Part shown: one piece after another, positions 42,999-51,811 of the stretch
Position numbering within the stretch: the stretch's first letter is position 1
Layout of the letters: each line of letters opens with the position of its first letter
Assembly (NCBI GenBank): GCA_035512495.1
Contig: DATKDW010000039.1
Span: forward strand, 10,753 to 74,752
Origin: Acidimicrobiales bacterium
GTDB taxonomy: Bacteria; Actinomycetota; Acidimicrobiia; Acidimicrobiales; CADCSY01
Direction of reading: 5' to 3'
DNA: 64,000 nucleotides
The notes under the pieces: generated by a model
What the model was told of the DNA's origin: nothing
The model's input: only the letters and a program-made list of their open reading frames with translations
Databases searched by the model: none
Made by a program: the position numbers and the translations under genes

Positions 42999-43756
42999 AG
43001 GGGCAGCCGGCGGAACACCGGCCCCGGGAGGTGGCGGAGGAGGGTGAAGACCCAGCGGAGGATGCCGGGGACGTGGATGACGCGGGAGCCGCCCCCGACG
43101 GCGCCGACGATGGCGTCGGCCACGGACTCGGGTGTGGTCGCCATCGGCGCAGGGTCGAGCCCTTCGGTCATCGACGACCGGACGAACCCCGGACGGACGA
43201 TGACGATCTCGACACCGGAGCCGCGGAGGGCGTCGGCGAGTCCCTGGGCGAAGGCGTCGAGACCGGCCTTGCTCGAGCCGTAGACGAAGTTCGAGCGCCG
43301 TGCCCGTTCCGCGGCGACCGACGAGAGGACGACGATCGTGCCGTGGCCCTGGACCCGCATGTGTCGGGCGAGGGCCAGACAGGTGGTGACGGCGCCGACG
43401 TAGTTGGTGGCCACGACGCGGGCGGCCTCGACCGCGCTCGCCTCGGCCTCCTCCTGGTCGCCGAGGACCCCGAAGGCGACCAGGGCGAGGTCGATGTCGC
43501 CATGGCGCTCGAACACGCCGGCGACGAGGTCGTCATGCCCGGCGGTGTCGAGGGCGTCGAAGGCGGTGACCTCCACGTCGGTGGCGCCCAGCGTCCTGAG
43601 CTCGCCGGCAGCCGGCTGGAGAGCGGCCGTGTCTCGGCCGGCGAGCACGATCTGTCGGAGGCGGCGACCCACCATGGCCCGCATCGTGGCCAAGCCGATG
43701 TCGGAGCCGCCCCCCAGCAGCAGTGCGGTCTGCGGGTTGCCGAGCGCGTCCTTCAC
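42995..43756 (-). CDS. dprE2: Decaprenylphospho-2'-keto-ribose reductase (SDR)
   Basis: LLLGGGSDIGLA glycine motif, SSVAAER...YGSSKAGLD catalytic Ser/YxxxK, 253 aa as in Mtb DprE2. Operon context with dprE1 and ubiA. Confidence 0.9.
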   Translation of the reverse strand: MKDALGNPQTALLLGGGSDIGLATMRAMVGRRLRQIVLAGRDTAALQPAAGELRTLGATDVEVTAFDALDTAGHDDLVAGVFERHGDIDLALVAFGVLGDQEEAEASAVEAARVVATNYVGAVTTCLALARHMRVQGHGTIVVLSSVAAERARRSNFVYGSSKAGLDAFAQGLADALRGSGVEIVIVRPGFVRSSMTEGLDPAPMATTPESVADAIVGAVGGGSRVIHVPGILRWVFTLLRHLPGPVFRRLPL

Positions 43757-43789
43757 CGGAGGGAACCTACCGGCTCACCGGTCGCCACC

Positions 43790-45535
43790 TCAGCGGGGGA
43801 CGGTGGCGTAGCCCCCCTCGACCAGGAGGGCGAGGGTCCGGGCGATGAACGAGGCCATCTGGTCGCGGACGACGGGCCGGGAGGGCCGGTAGGTGCCGTC
43901 GGAGAACCCGCCGGCGATGCCGGCGCTGGCGACACGGTTCACCGCTGCCTCGTGGACGCTGCCGTCGTCGTCGGCGAACCAGTCGGCGGTGATGGCCAGC
44001 TCCTTGCCGGTGCGCTCCCGCACCGCCCGGGCGAGGAAGGTCGCCATCTGGCCGCGGTCGACGGCGTCCATCGGGCCGAAGGTGCCGTCGGCACGACCGC
44101 TCACGACCTCCAGCTCGGCCAGCTGGTTGATGGAGAGCTCGTGGGTGGTGCCGGCCACGTCGGAGAAGTGCTGACGGGGCTCGGAGGGGAGGGCGTGGCC
44201 GGTGCTCGCCAGGGTGCGGGCGATGAACGCGGCCATCTGGCCCCGCGTCACCAGGGCCGCCGGCTGGTAGCGACCGTCGCCGGTGCCCATCGTGATCTCC
44301 CAGTGGGCCACGCAGTCGATGGCGCGGGCATGGACGTTGCCGTCGGTGTCGCTGAAGACGTCTCGCTGGATGGTGTCCGGACAGGCGGGGTCGATGGAGC
44401 GGATGGTGGGCCAGGGGCGTGGCGTCCCCCCGACCGACACGGTGTCGCCGCTCGCCGAGACCTCGGCGATGCCGAGGCGCCGCTGGCCCTGGCTGGTGCA
44501 GGTGCCGTCCTGCTCGCACTCGGGGTACGGCGGGTAGCTCGTGTACGGGGCGTTCCACCAGTGGTAGGCGAGGAAGAGCCGCCCGGAGCCAGCCTCGTGG
44601 AACGGTGCCGGCCCCCCCGGTCCGAGTCGGTCGCCCCGGCTCGCCAGCACAGGGTTGTCGGCCGTCTTGGAGCAGGGACCCAGCACGGAGGTGCACGTGG
44701 CGTGACCCACGGCGTAGCGGTCCGATTGCCACTCGTTGGCGGAGTAGAAGAGGTGAAGGGTGCCCTGGTGGCGGATCATCGCCGGGTTCTCGATCACGCT
44801 GCCCTCCCAGGCCTGCGAGGTGTGCAGGATCTGGCTGGCTCGGCTCCCGTCGGCGAAGGCGATGCCCGAGGGAGCGAGCTGACGGGACCAGATCCTCGTC
44901 GGCTCGCTCCCGGGGACCCCTTCGCTCTTCCACAGGAGCCACGGCGTGCCGTCGGTGTCGACGAAGGGCTGCGGGTCGATCGAACCTTTGGGGTCAGCGT
45001 CGCACACGACGGGTCCGGTCGAGTCGTCGACGAAGGGGCCCAGGGGTGAACCGGAGGTGGCCACCGAGATGCAGTAGCGCTCGGGGGAGAGCTGGGCGAG
45101 AACGGTGTAGAAGACGACGAAGCGGCTGCCGATGCGTGCCGCGCCGGGGGCCCACACCTCCTTCTTGAGCCGTCCGTCCACGGGGCGGTCGGGGGCCCAG
45201 CGGGCGGGGCAGGGAAGGGCGTCGTTGAAGTAGGGGTCGACCTCATCGTCGACGCAGTCCGGCTGGTCGTAGCGGGCGCGCGCGGTCCAGGTGAGGCCGT
45301 CGGTTGAGCTCATCACCGGCAGGTAGGCCCCGCCGGTGGCGGTGCCATAGGCGTAGTTGGTCCCGTCGTCGACCAGGATGCTCGGGTCGGGGAAGTTCTC
45401 GTCGTAGCGCTTCGAGGGCTCGAACCAGGGGCCGCCCGGGTAGGCCCCGGCGCTGCCGGCCGACAGGTGCAGCGACACCGCCACGGTGGCCAGGCAGAGG
45501 AGGACGGCGACGGCGCGCCGGGGGTTCGTGAGCAC
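43790..45535 (-). CDS. Secreted GH43-like five-bladed-propeller glycoside hydrolase with three C-terminal SLH domains
   Basis: Signal peptide MLTNPRRAVAVLLCLATVAVSLHLSAGSAGA. GH43 catalytic motifs: FPDPSILV (Asp base), IDPQPFVD and EGSVIENPAMI (Glu acid). Three SLH units follow: FSDTDGNVHARAIDC...TRGQMAAFIARTL, FSDVAGTTHELSINQ...DRGQMATFLARAV, FADDDGSVHEAAVNR...VRDQMASFIARTL. Confidence 0.88.
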   Translation of the reverse strand: MLTNPRRAVAVLLCLATVAVSLHLSAGSAGAYPGGPWFEPSKRYDENFPDPSILVDDGTNYAYGTATGGAYLPVMSSTDGLTWTARARYDQPDCVDDEVDPYFNDALPCPARWAPDRPVDGRLKKEVWAPGAARIGSRFVVFYTVLAQLSPERYCISVATSGSPLGPFVDDSTGPVVCDADPKGSIDPQPFVDTDGTPWLLWKSEGVPGSEPTRIWSRQLAPSGIAFADGSRASQILHTSQAWEGSVIENPAMIRHQGTLHLFYSANEWQSDRYAVGHATCTSVLGPCSKTADNPVLASRGDRLGPGGPAPFHEAGSGRLFLAYHWWNAPYTSYPPYPECEQDGTCTSQGQRRLGIAEVSASGDTVSVGGTPRPWPTIRSIDPACPDTIQRDVFSDTDGNVHARAIDCVAHWEITMGTGDGRYQPAALVTRGQMAAFIARTLASTGHALPSEPRQHFSDVAGTTHELSINQLAELEVVSGRADGTFGPMDAVDRGQMATFLARAVRERTGKELAITADWFADDDGSVHEAAVNRVASAGIAGGFSDGTYRPSRPVVRDQMASFIARTLALLVEGGYATVPR

Positions 45536-45561
45536 CCGTCGAGCGTACGGTTCGTGGCGTC

Positions 45562-45593
45562 GACATCGACGTCACCCCGCTGACGTCGATGTC
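45562..45593. promoter_or_regulatory. Perfect 13-bp inverted repeat GACATCGACGTCA-N6-TGACGTCGATGTC (putative operator or 5'-UTR hairpin)
   Basis: Arms at 45562-45574 and 45581-45593 are exact reverse complements. The repeat sits in the 123-bp divergent region, 27 bp from the GH43 start and 66 bp from the fadE-type ATG. Confidence 0.5.
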
Positions 45594-45658
45594 AGTCCCG
45601 GCTGGGGCTCGGGGCTACCATCGGTCACATCCGATCCGCACCCGAGGGGGACACAGGC

Positions 45659-46855
45659 ATGGCCGTCGTCGACGCCAGCACCGACGAGCAGCTCGTCACC
45701 GAGACGGTCGAGCGGCTCCTCGCCGACCACGACCCGAGCACGACCGACGAGACGACGTTCCTCGGCGCGCAGTTCGACGCCGGCCTCGCCTGGGTGCACT
45801 TCCCCCGGGGCCGCGGCGGCCTCGAGGTCTCGCCCAAGCTCCAGAAGCTGGTCAACGAGCGCATCCTCGAGGCGGGTGGACCGAACCCGTACTATCGCAA
45901 CCCGATCGGCCACGGGATGGGCGCCCCCACCGTCGTCACCCACGGTTCCGAGGACCAGCAAGATCGCTACCTGCGACCCCTCTTCACCGGCGAGGAGGTG
46001 TGGTGCCAGCTCTTCAGCGAGCCCGGCGCCGGCTCCGATGTCGCCGGGCTGTCCGGCCGGGCGGTGCTCGACGGCGAGGAGTGGATCGTCAACGCCCAGA
46101 AGGTCTGGACCACCCTCGCCCACATCAGCCGCTGGGGCATGCTCGTCGTGCGCACCGACCCCGACCAGCCCAAGCACAAGGGCCTGACCTACTTCGTGGT
46201 CGACATGCAAGCTCCCGGTGTCGAGGTCCGGCCGCTGCGCCAGATCACCGGCGACGCCGAGTTCAACGAGGTCTTCTTCACCGACGTGCGCATCCCCGAC
46301 GCCGAGCGCCTCGGCGACGTTGGCGACGGCTGGCGGGTGTCGCTCACCACCCTCATGAACGAGCGGGTGTCCATCGGAGGCTCCATCGCCCCCCGTGGCT
46401 CGGGCCCCATCGGGGAGGCCGTCAAGCTGTTCAAGGAGCGGGGCGTGGACGATGAGGTCAAGCGCGACGAGCTCGTCCGCCTCTGGATCGAGGCCGAGGT
46501 CAACCGCCTGACCAACATCCGTGCGTCCCAGAACCGCCAGAAGGGCGTCCCCGGTCCCGAGGGCTCCACCGGCAAGCTCGCCTTCGCCGAGCTCAACAAG
46601 CGTGTCTACGAGTTCTGCATGGACCTGATGGGCCCCGACGCCATGCTGTACCCGAGGGGCTACGACATGGAGCGCTCCTCGACCGCCATGGGCTCGCGCT
46701 CGCTCCAGCAGGCGTTCCTCCGGGCGCGGGCGAACTCCATCGAGGGCGGCACCTCCGAGATCATGCGCAACATCCTCGGCGAGCGGGTGCTCGGGCTGCC
46801 GGGCGACATCCGGCTCGACAAGGACCGTCCCTGGCTGGAGGTCCCCCGCTCCTGA
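45659..46855 (+). CDS. Acyl-CoA dehydrogenase
   Basis: WCQLFSEPGAGSDVAGL, WIVNAQKVWTT, and a C-terminal IEGGTSEIMRNILGERVLGLP. A GAGGGGGA RBS precedes ATG 45659. Confidence 0.92.
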   Translation: MAVVDASTDEQLVTETVERLLADHDPSTTDETTFLGAQFDAGLAWVHFPRGRGGLEVSPKLQKLVNERILEAGGPNPYYRNPIGHGMGAPTVVTHGSEDQQDRYLRPLFTGEEVWCQLFSEPGAGSDVAGLSGRAVLDGEEWIVNAQKVWTTLAHISRWGMLVVRTDPDQPKHKGLTYFVVDMQAPGVEVRPLRQITGDAEFNEVFFTDVRIPDAERLGDVGDGWRVSLTTLMNERVSIGGSIAPRGSGPIGEAVKLFKERGVDDEVKRDELVRLWIEAEVNRLTNIRASQNRQKGVPGPEGSTGKLAFAELNKRVYEFCMDLMGPDAMLYPRGYDMERSSTAMGSRSLQQAFLRARANSIEGGTSEIMRNILGERVLGLPGDIRLDKDRPWLEVPRS

Positions 46856-46882
46856 TGGCGGGTGCGGTCAGCGCGGGTGCTG

Positions 46883-47482
46883 TCAGCCCCGCTGGGCGTG
46901 GAGGTGGCCGGTCTCGCCGAGGCTGCGGATGCTGCGGTGCCCCCGGCTGGAGCACAGGAAGCGGTTGACGCAGGTGTACGGGGGCTCGAAGAACAGGGGG
47001 GAGGCGATCTCGAGCACGTGGCTGGCGTACGCGTTGATGACACCGCCGTGGCACACCGCAGCGACCGTCTTGCCCGGGTTGGCTTCGATGACGCGCTCCA
47101 TGGCCACGACCACGACCTGGCGGAAGGTCTCCGCATCGACCTCGCCCTCGAGCTCGCCACGCATCATGGCCGTGTAGCGGGGGTCGCCCGACGCCTTGAG
47201 CTCCTCGAGGGGGATGTAGAAGTGCTGATCGCGGTCGAACTCGGCGAGCTCCTCGTCGACGACCACCTCGACGCCCATCGCGTCGGCGAGGGGTGCGGCC
47301 GTCTCCCGGGCCCGGCGCATCGGGCTGGTGTACACGGCGTCGATCTGCTCGTGGGCGAGCCACGCCGCCAGCTGCCTCGCCTGCTCGTGGCCCTCGGCGC
47401 TGAGCTCGGGGTCGGCGGGACCCTGTGCGTCGTCGATGCGGACGGGCAGGCCGTGACGAATGATGATCAGCTCCACCCACAC
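46883..47482 (-). CDS. Histidine phosphatase family protein (phosphoglycerate-mutase-like)
   Basis: LIIIRHGLP (RHG catalytic motif), SPMRRARETA, and VCHGGVINA (second His). Confidence 0.85.
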   Translation of the reverse strand: MWVELIIIRHGLPVRIDDAQGPADPELSAEGHEQARQLAAWLAHEQIDAVYTSPMRRARETAAPLADAMGVEVVVDEELAEFDRDQHFYIPLEELKASGDPRYTAMMRGELEGEVDAETFRQVVVVAMERVIEANPGKTVAAVCHGGVINAYASHVLEIASPLFFEPPYTCVNRFLCSSRGHRSIRSLGETGHLHAQRG

Positions 47483-47498
47483 ACCTTAGGAGTCCGCC

Positions 47499-47900
47499 GT
47501 GGACGTGCTGTCGAGCCGCACGCTTCTCTACCCAACCGACTTCGCCAGGACGGTTCGGTTCTACGACGAGGTCCTCGGCCTCTCCCGCTACCGGGAGTAC
47601 GGCACCGGGGGCGAGGTGTCGGGTGTCGTGTGGTTTCTCGGCGGGGGCTTCCTGGAGGCGAGCGCCCACGGCGACGCCGGTGCCGGGCCGGAGGACGGGC
47701 CCGTTCGCCTCTGGCTCCAGGTCGCCGACGTCGACGCCGAGCACCATCGCCTCGCCCATGCGGGCGCGGCGATCCTGGCGCCACCCGCCGACATGCCCTG
47801 GGGCCTGCGGGAGTCCTGGGTGGCCGACCCCGACGGCCTGCGCATCTGCCTGGTGCAGGTGCCAGGCGACCACCCGCTGCGCCGGCGCGTCTCCCCGTAG
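47499..47900 (+). CDS. VOC/glyoxalase-family protein
   Basis: ARTVRFYDEVLGL, and WGLRESWVADPDGLRICLVQ, which is typical of the fold. AGGAG lies 6 nt before GTG 47499. Confidence 0.75.
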   Translation: MDVLSSRTLLYPTDFARTVRFYDEVLGLSRYREYGTGGEVSGVVWFLGGGFLEASAHGDAGAGPEDGPVRLWLQVADVDAEHHRLAHAGAAILAPPADMPWGLRESWVADPDGLRICLVQVPGDHPLRRRVSP

Positions 47901-47946
47901 CCCGGCGGTCCGGCCCACCGCAGGGCCACCGGTAGCCTCAGGCCGC

Positions 47947-49395
47947 ATGGCCCCCCGCACGAAGATCGTCGCGACCGTCGGGCCGGCATCAGAGTCGCCC
48001 GAGACCCTCCGGGCGATGATCGACGCCGGCATGAGCATGGCGCGCATCGGGCTGGCCCACGGGCCCATCGAGGGGAACATCGACCGGCTCCGCCGCATCC
48101 GGGCGGCCGCCGCCGACTCGGGCCGCTACATCGGGGTCATGGCCGACCTCCCCGGCCCCAAGGTCCGGGCGGCCGCGTTCCCCGAGGGCGGCGTGTACCT
48201 CGTCGACGATGTCACCGTCGAGCTTGCGCCCTACGACGACGCCTCGACGGTGAGCTCGATGACGCGCATCTCGGTCGACTACGCCGCCCTGCTCCCGAAC
48301 CTGATCGTGGGGGACCTGGTGGCTCTCGGCGACGGAGGCGTCGAGCTGATCGTGGAGGAGGTCGGTGCCGACCGGGCGGTGGCCAGGGTCCGGAACGGTG
48401 GTCGGCTCCAGGGTCGGCCGGGTGTGAACTTGCCGCCGGAGCGCTTCGCCATCGCCACCCCCACCGCCGACGATCTCCGTCTCATGGCAGCGGTGATGGA
48501 GGAGGGCATCGACGCCATCGCCATCTCCTTCGTCCGCACTGCCGAAGATGTGCGCACGGTTCGCCGGGAGGTGGGGACCGGTGGCCCGATGCTCATCGCC
48601 AAGGTCGAGACCCAGACGGCGGTCGACGACGTCGACGCCATCATCGCCACCGCCGACGGGGTGATGGTCGCCCGGGGCGACCTCGGGGTCCGCCTCCCCC
48701 TGGAGGACGTCCCCCACATCCAGAAGGAGATCATCCGCGCCGGGGTGGCCTACGGACGCCCGGTGATCACCGCCACCCAGATGCTCGAGTCGATGATCAG
48801 CGCGCCCACCCCCACCCGCGCCGAGGTCTCCGACATCGCCAACGCCGTCTTCGACGGGACGAGCGCCCTCATGCTCTCGGCAGAGACCGCGATCGGGCGC
48901 TACCCGGTGGGCGCCGTCGCCACCATGGCCAGGGTCGCCGAGCGGGCCGAGCGGGAGTTCGACTACGAGGGCTGGGGGAGCCGGCTCGGACGCCAGCAGA
49001 GCGCCACGGCCCACGGCGCGTCGCCCGCGGTCCGGATCACCAGTGCCATCACCGCTGCCGCGTGGCGGGCCGCATTCGACGTCGAGGCAGCGGCGATCCT
49101 GTGCTGCACCCGCAGCGGCAGCACGGCCCGGGCCATCTCGCGCTACCGGCCCACGGCCCCCCTCCTCGCGGTGACCCCCTCCGAGGCGACCGCCCGGCAG
49201 CTGTCGGTGGCGTGGGGGATCGAGGCCGTCGTGACCGGTGTGTACACCAACATCGATGACATCGTCTGGTTCGCCGTCAAGGCCGCCGTCGACCGCAAGG
49301 TGGTCCGCCCCGGCGACATCGTCGCCGTCCTGGCCGGATCGCCGGAGGACGCCGAGCCCGCGGCCGACGTCCTGCGCCTCGTCCGGGTCCACTGA
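47947..49395 (+). CDS. pyk: Pyruvate kinase
   Basis: ATG 47947: MAPRTKIVATVGPAS, DLPGPKVR, MVARGDLGV, VITATQMLESM and MLSAETA. Confidence 0.93.
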   Translation: MAPRTKIVATVGPASESPETLRAMIDAGMSMARIGLAHGPIEGNIDRLRRIRAAAADSGRYIGVMADLPGPKVRAAAFPEGGVYLVDDVTVELAPYDDASTVSSMTRISVDYAALLPNLIVGDLVALGDGGVELIVEEVGADRAVARVRNGGRLQGRPGVNLPPERFAIATPTADDLRLMAAVMEEGIDAIAISFVRTAEDVRTVRREVGTGGPMLIAKVETQTAVDDVDAIIATADGVMVARGDLGVRLPLEDVPHIQKEIIRAGVAYGRPVITATQMLESMISAPTPTRAEVSDIANAVFDGTSALMLSAETAIGRYPVGAVATMARVAERAEREFDYEGWGSRLGRQQSATAHGASPAVRITSAITAAAWRAAFDVEAAAILCCTRSGSTARAISRYRPTAPLLAVTPSEATARQLSVAWGIEAVVTGVYTNIDDIVWFAVKAAVDRKVVRPGDIVAVLAGSPEDAEPAADVLRLVRVH

Positions 49396-49463
49396 GCGGG
49401 CTCCACGTCGTCGAGCGGGGCGGGGACCAACCGGGTCCCGTCGTCGTCCTGCTGCACGGCTCG

Positions 49464-50159
49464 ATGGACCGTGCCGCCAGCATGGTCCGGGTCGCCGGCG
49501 CCCTGCGGGACCGTCACGTCGTCCGCTACGACCGTCGCGGCTACGGGCGCTCCCTCGACGCGGGACCACCCGCCGGCCTCGACGACCACGTCGGCGACCT
49601 CCTGTCCGTCCTCGACGGGCGGCCGGGTGTGGTGGCGGGGCACAGCTACGGCGGTGTCGTGGCGCTCGCTTCCGCCGAGCGACACCCTGAGGTCGTGACC
49701 GGCGTGGTGGCGTTCGAGGCGCCGATGCCCTGGCAGCCCTGGTGGCCGTCGACGACCCCCGGAGGATCCGCGCTGGCTCGCTCGAACGCCGACGGCCATC
49801 CCGGCGATGCGGCGGAGGCCTTCCTGCGTCGGATGCTCGGTGACGAGCGCTGGGAAGCGCTCCCGGCGGGCACTCGACGCCAGCGGCGGGCCGAGGGTCC
49901 GGCGCTGGCCATGGAGCTGATCTCGGTTCGCCAGGGCCAGGTGCCCTACGACCCCGCCCTGATCGCCATCCCGGTCGTCGTCGGGCGGGGTACCCGCTCC
50001 CCGCGCCACCTGATGGACGCCGCCGACCAGCTTGCCGGCGAGATCCCCCGCGCCGAGCTGGCGGTGCTGGAGGGCGCCTCCCATGGCGCCCACCGCAGCC
50101 ATCCCGAGGCCTTCGCCGAGCTGGTGCGCCGCCTCCTGGTCCTCGTCGGCGCGGCCTGA
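49464..50159 (+). CDS. Alpha/beta hydrolase (true start probably upstream of the first canonical start codon)
   Basis: GHSYGG nucleophile elbow and a late GASHGAH histidine. The conserved first strand and HG oxyanion motif (GLHVVERGGDQPGPVVVLLHGS) are encoded in frame upstream of ATG 49464 (see finding). The stop coordinate is firm and the start is not. Confidence 0.7.
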   Translation: MDRAASMVRVAGALRDRHVVRYDRRGYGRSLDAGPPAGLDDHVGDLLSVLDGRPGVVAGHSYGGVVALASAERHPEVVTGVVAFEAPMPWQPWWPSTTPGGSALARSNADGHPGDAAEAFLRRMLGDERWEALPAGTRRQRRAEGPALAMELISVRQGQVPYDPALIAIPVVVGRGTRSPRHLMDAADQLAGEIPRAELAVLEGASHGAHRSHPEAFAELVRRLLVLVGAA

Positions 50160-50330
50160 GCGGGCGCCTCCTCCTGGTCACGGCGCGGCTGGGCCCGGAC
50201 CCGTGGTTCCGGGAGTTCGTGACCCATGACCTCCACTGATCTGCCCGGTTGAGGGTCTTGTCATCGCCCCTGCCGAGGTATACGACTTGTGCGAGGACGC
50301 ACGCGCGTCACCGAGCATAGGGAGCCGACG

Positions 50331-50747
50331 ATGGCCGATGTGGCAAGCATCCACCGCGAGATGTTCGATGTGATCCACCACCGTGACTTCACCCGCCTCC
50401 GGGACCTGTACCACCCCGAGTACACGTACCGGGGCCCCGATGGCGAGCAAGGCGACGCCGAGGCCGGAGCTGCCGTCGCTGAAACCTACCTGTCCGCATT
50501 CCCCGACCTGGCCTTCACCATCGATCACCAGTTCTCGCCCAACGAGTCGACTTCGGTGATCGAAATGACCGCGCGGGGCACTCACCAAGGCGAGCTCGAA
50601 GGCATCGCGCCCACCGGCAAGACCGTGGAGATGCTCGGCTGCAACGTGATCGAGATCGCCGACGGCAAGATCCTGCGAGAGCGCGAGTACTTCGACTCCA
50701 TGGCCCTCATGGTCCAACTCGGCGTCATGGAACCGCCCGGTTCCTGA
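50331..50747 (+). CDS. SnoaL-like / ester-cyclase (NTF2-fold) protein
   Basis: ATG 50331, 6 nt after GGGAG. YHPEYTYRGPDG...ETYLSAFPDLAFTIDH...GTHQGELEGIAPTGK...ADGKILRERE is the typical SnoaL_2 pattern. Confidence 0.75.
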   Translation: MADVASIHREMFDVIHHRDFTRLRDLYHPEYTYRGPDGEQGDAEAGAAVAETYLSAFPDLAFTIDHQFSPNESTSVIEMTARGTHQGELEGIAPTGKTVEMLGCNVIEIADGKILREREYFDSMALMVQLGVMEPPGS

Positions 50748-50899
50748 TCCCGCGGGGACGGCCGGTCTCGGGTCGGCATGCGGGGCCGCGCTCTGCACGT
50801 CGCGCAGGGGCACACAGACGTCGAGGGCGACCATGACGACGCTGCACGCACCATGTGCGAGTGGACATGTCGGCACTTCGGGACGGCCGATGATCGAGA

Positions 50900-51703
50900 A
50901 TGTGGTCGCCCTGCGGCCGAGTCGCGACCAATCATGTGAGCCTGTCGAAGACACGCACGAACTACGAGGACTACCTCGTTCGCCGACATCGTCCAGCGCA
51001 CAGCCGGCGCAACGCCGATCGGTGGGCTGCCTTCCTAGTTCCGCACCTCCGGACGGACATGCGAGTGCTCGACATCGGATGCGGCCCCGGGTCGATCACA
51101 GTTGGACTGCCGGGTCGAGTCATCGGCGTTGACGTCCATCCGGTTCCCATACCAAGCAGCCCAGTCGCGGCTGGCGACGGTGCGGCTTTGCCGTTCACCG
51201 ACTCGGCGTTCGACGCGGTCTACATCAACGCCGTCCTACAGCACGTCGCAGATGCTTCCGCCGTTCTCTGCGAGGCTCGGAGGGTGGTGAGGTCAGGCGC
51301 GGTGATCGGAGTTGGAGACACAGACTGGGGCACTCGGATGATGCACCCCCACGACCCGCTGCTCGACCGGAGTCAGGAGATACAGGAGTGCGCAAGAGAG
51401 AGTGGCAACGTGCGGGTGGGCCGTGAACTTCGTGGTCTGCTCGCCGGGGCAGGCTTCGAGCGCATCGAACTCGCCACAGAAGGACGTGTCGTTGGATCGG
51501 AGCTCGCCGTTGCGCAGATGGCGGCGTTCGAGCGCGGATGGTTCGAGGCGCCCGAGGTCGTTGCCTACGTCACTGAGTTCGGCATCTCCGGAGCCGGGGA
51601 GATGGCCGAGATCGCGGCTGCTTGGACGCGATGGTCCGCTTGTCCGGCCGCATGCGCAGTCGACCAGTGGTTCACCGCCATCGCCTGGTCACCGATGCTC
51701 TGA
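50900..51703 (+). CDS. Class I SAM-dependent methyltransferase (Methyltransf_11-like)
   Basis: VLDIGCGPGSITVGL SAM motif I, FDAVYINAVLQHV, and VVRSGAVIGV. Start ATG 50900 or GTG 50936. Confidence 0.75.
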   Translation: MWSPCGRVATNHVSLSKTRTNYEDYLVRRHRPAHSRRNADRWAAFLVPHLRTDMRVLDIGCGPGSITVGLPGRVIGVDVHPVPIPSSPVAAGDGAALPFTDSAFDAVYINAVLQHVADASAVLCEARRVVRSGAVIGVGDTDWGTRMMHPHDPLLDRSQEIQECARESGNVRVGRELRGLLAGAGFERIELATEGRVVGSELAVAQMAAFERGWFEAPEVVAYVTEFGISGAGEMAEIAAAWTRWSACPAACAVDQWFTAIAWSPML

Positions 51704-51811
51704 GGCTGCCCTGCGTGTCGTACCCATCCTCAGCCGGATGCCGGGTGTCCAGCGGCGAGTCCACACCTACTGGGGTTTACTGGTGGGATCGAAGAGGCTG
51801 CCGACGACCAC

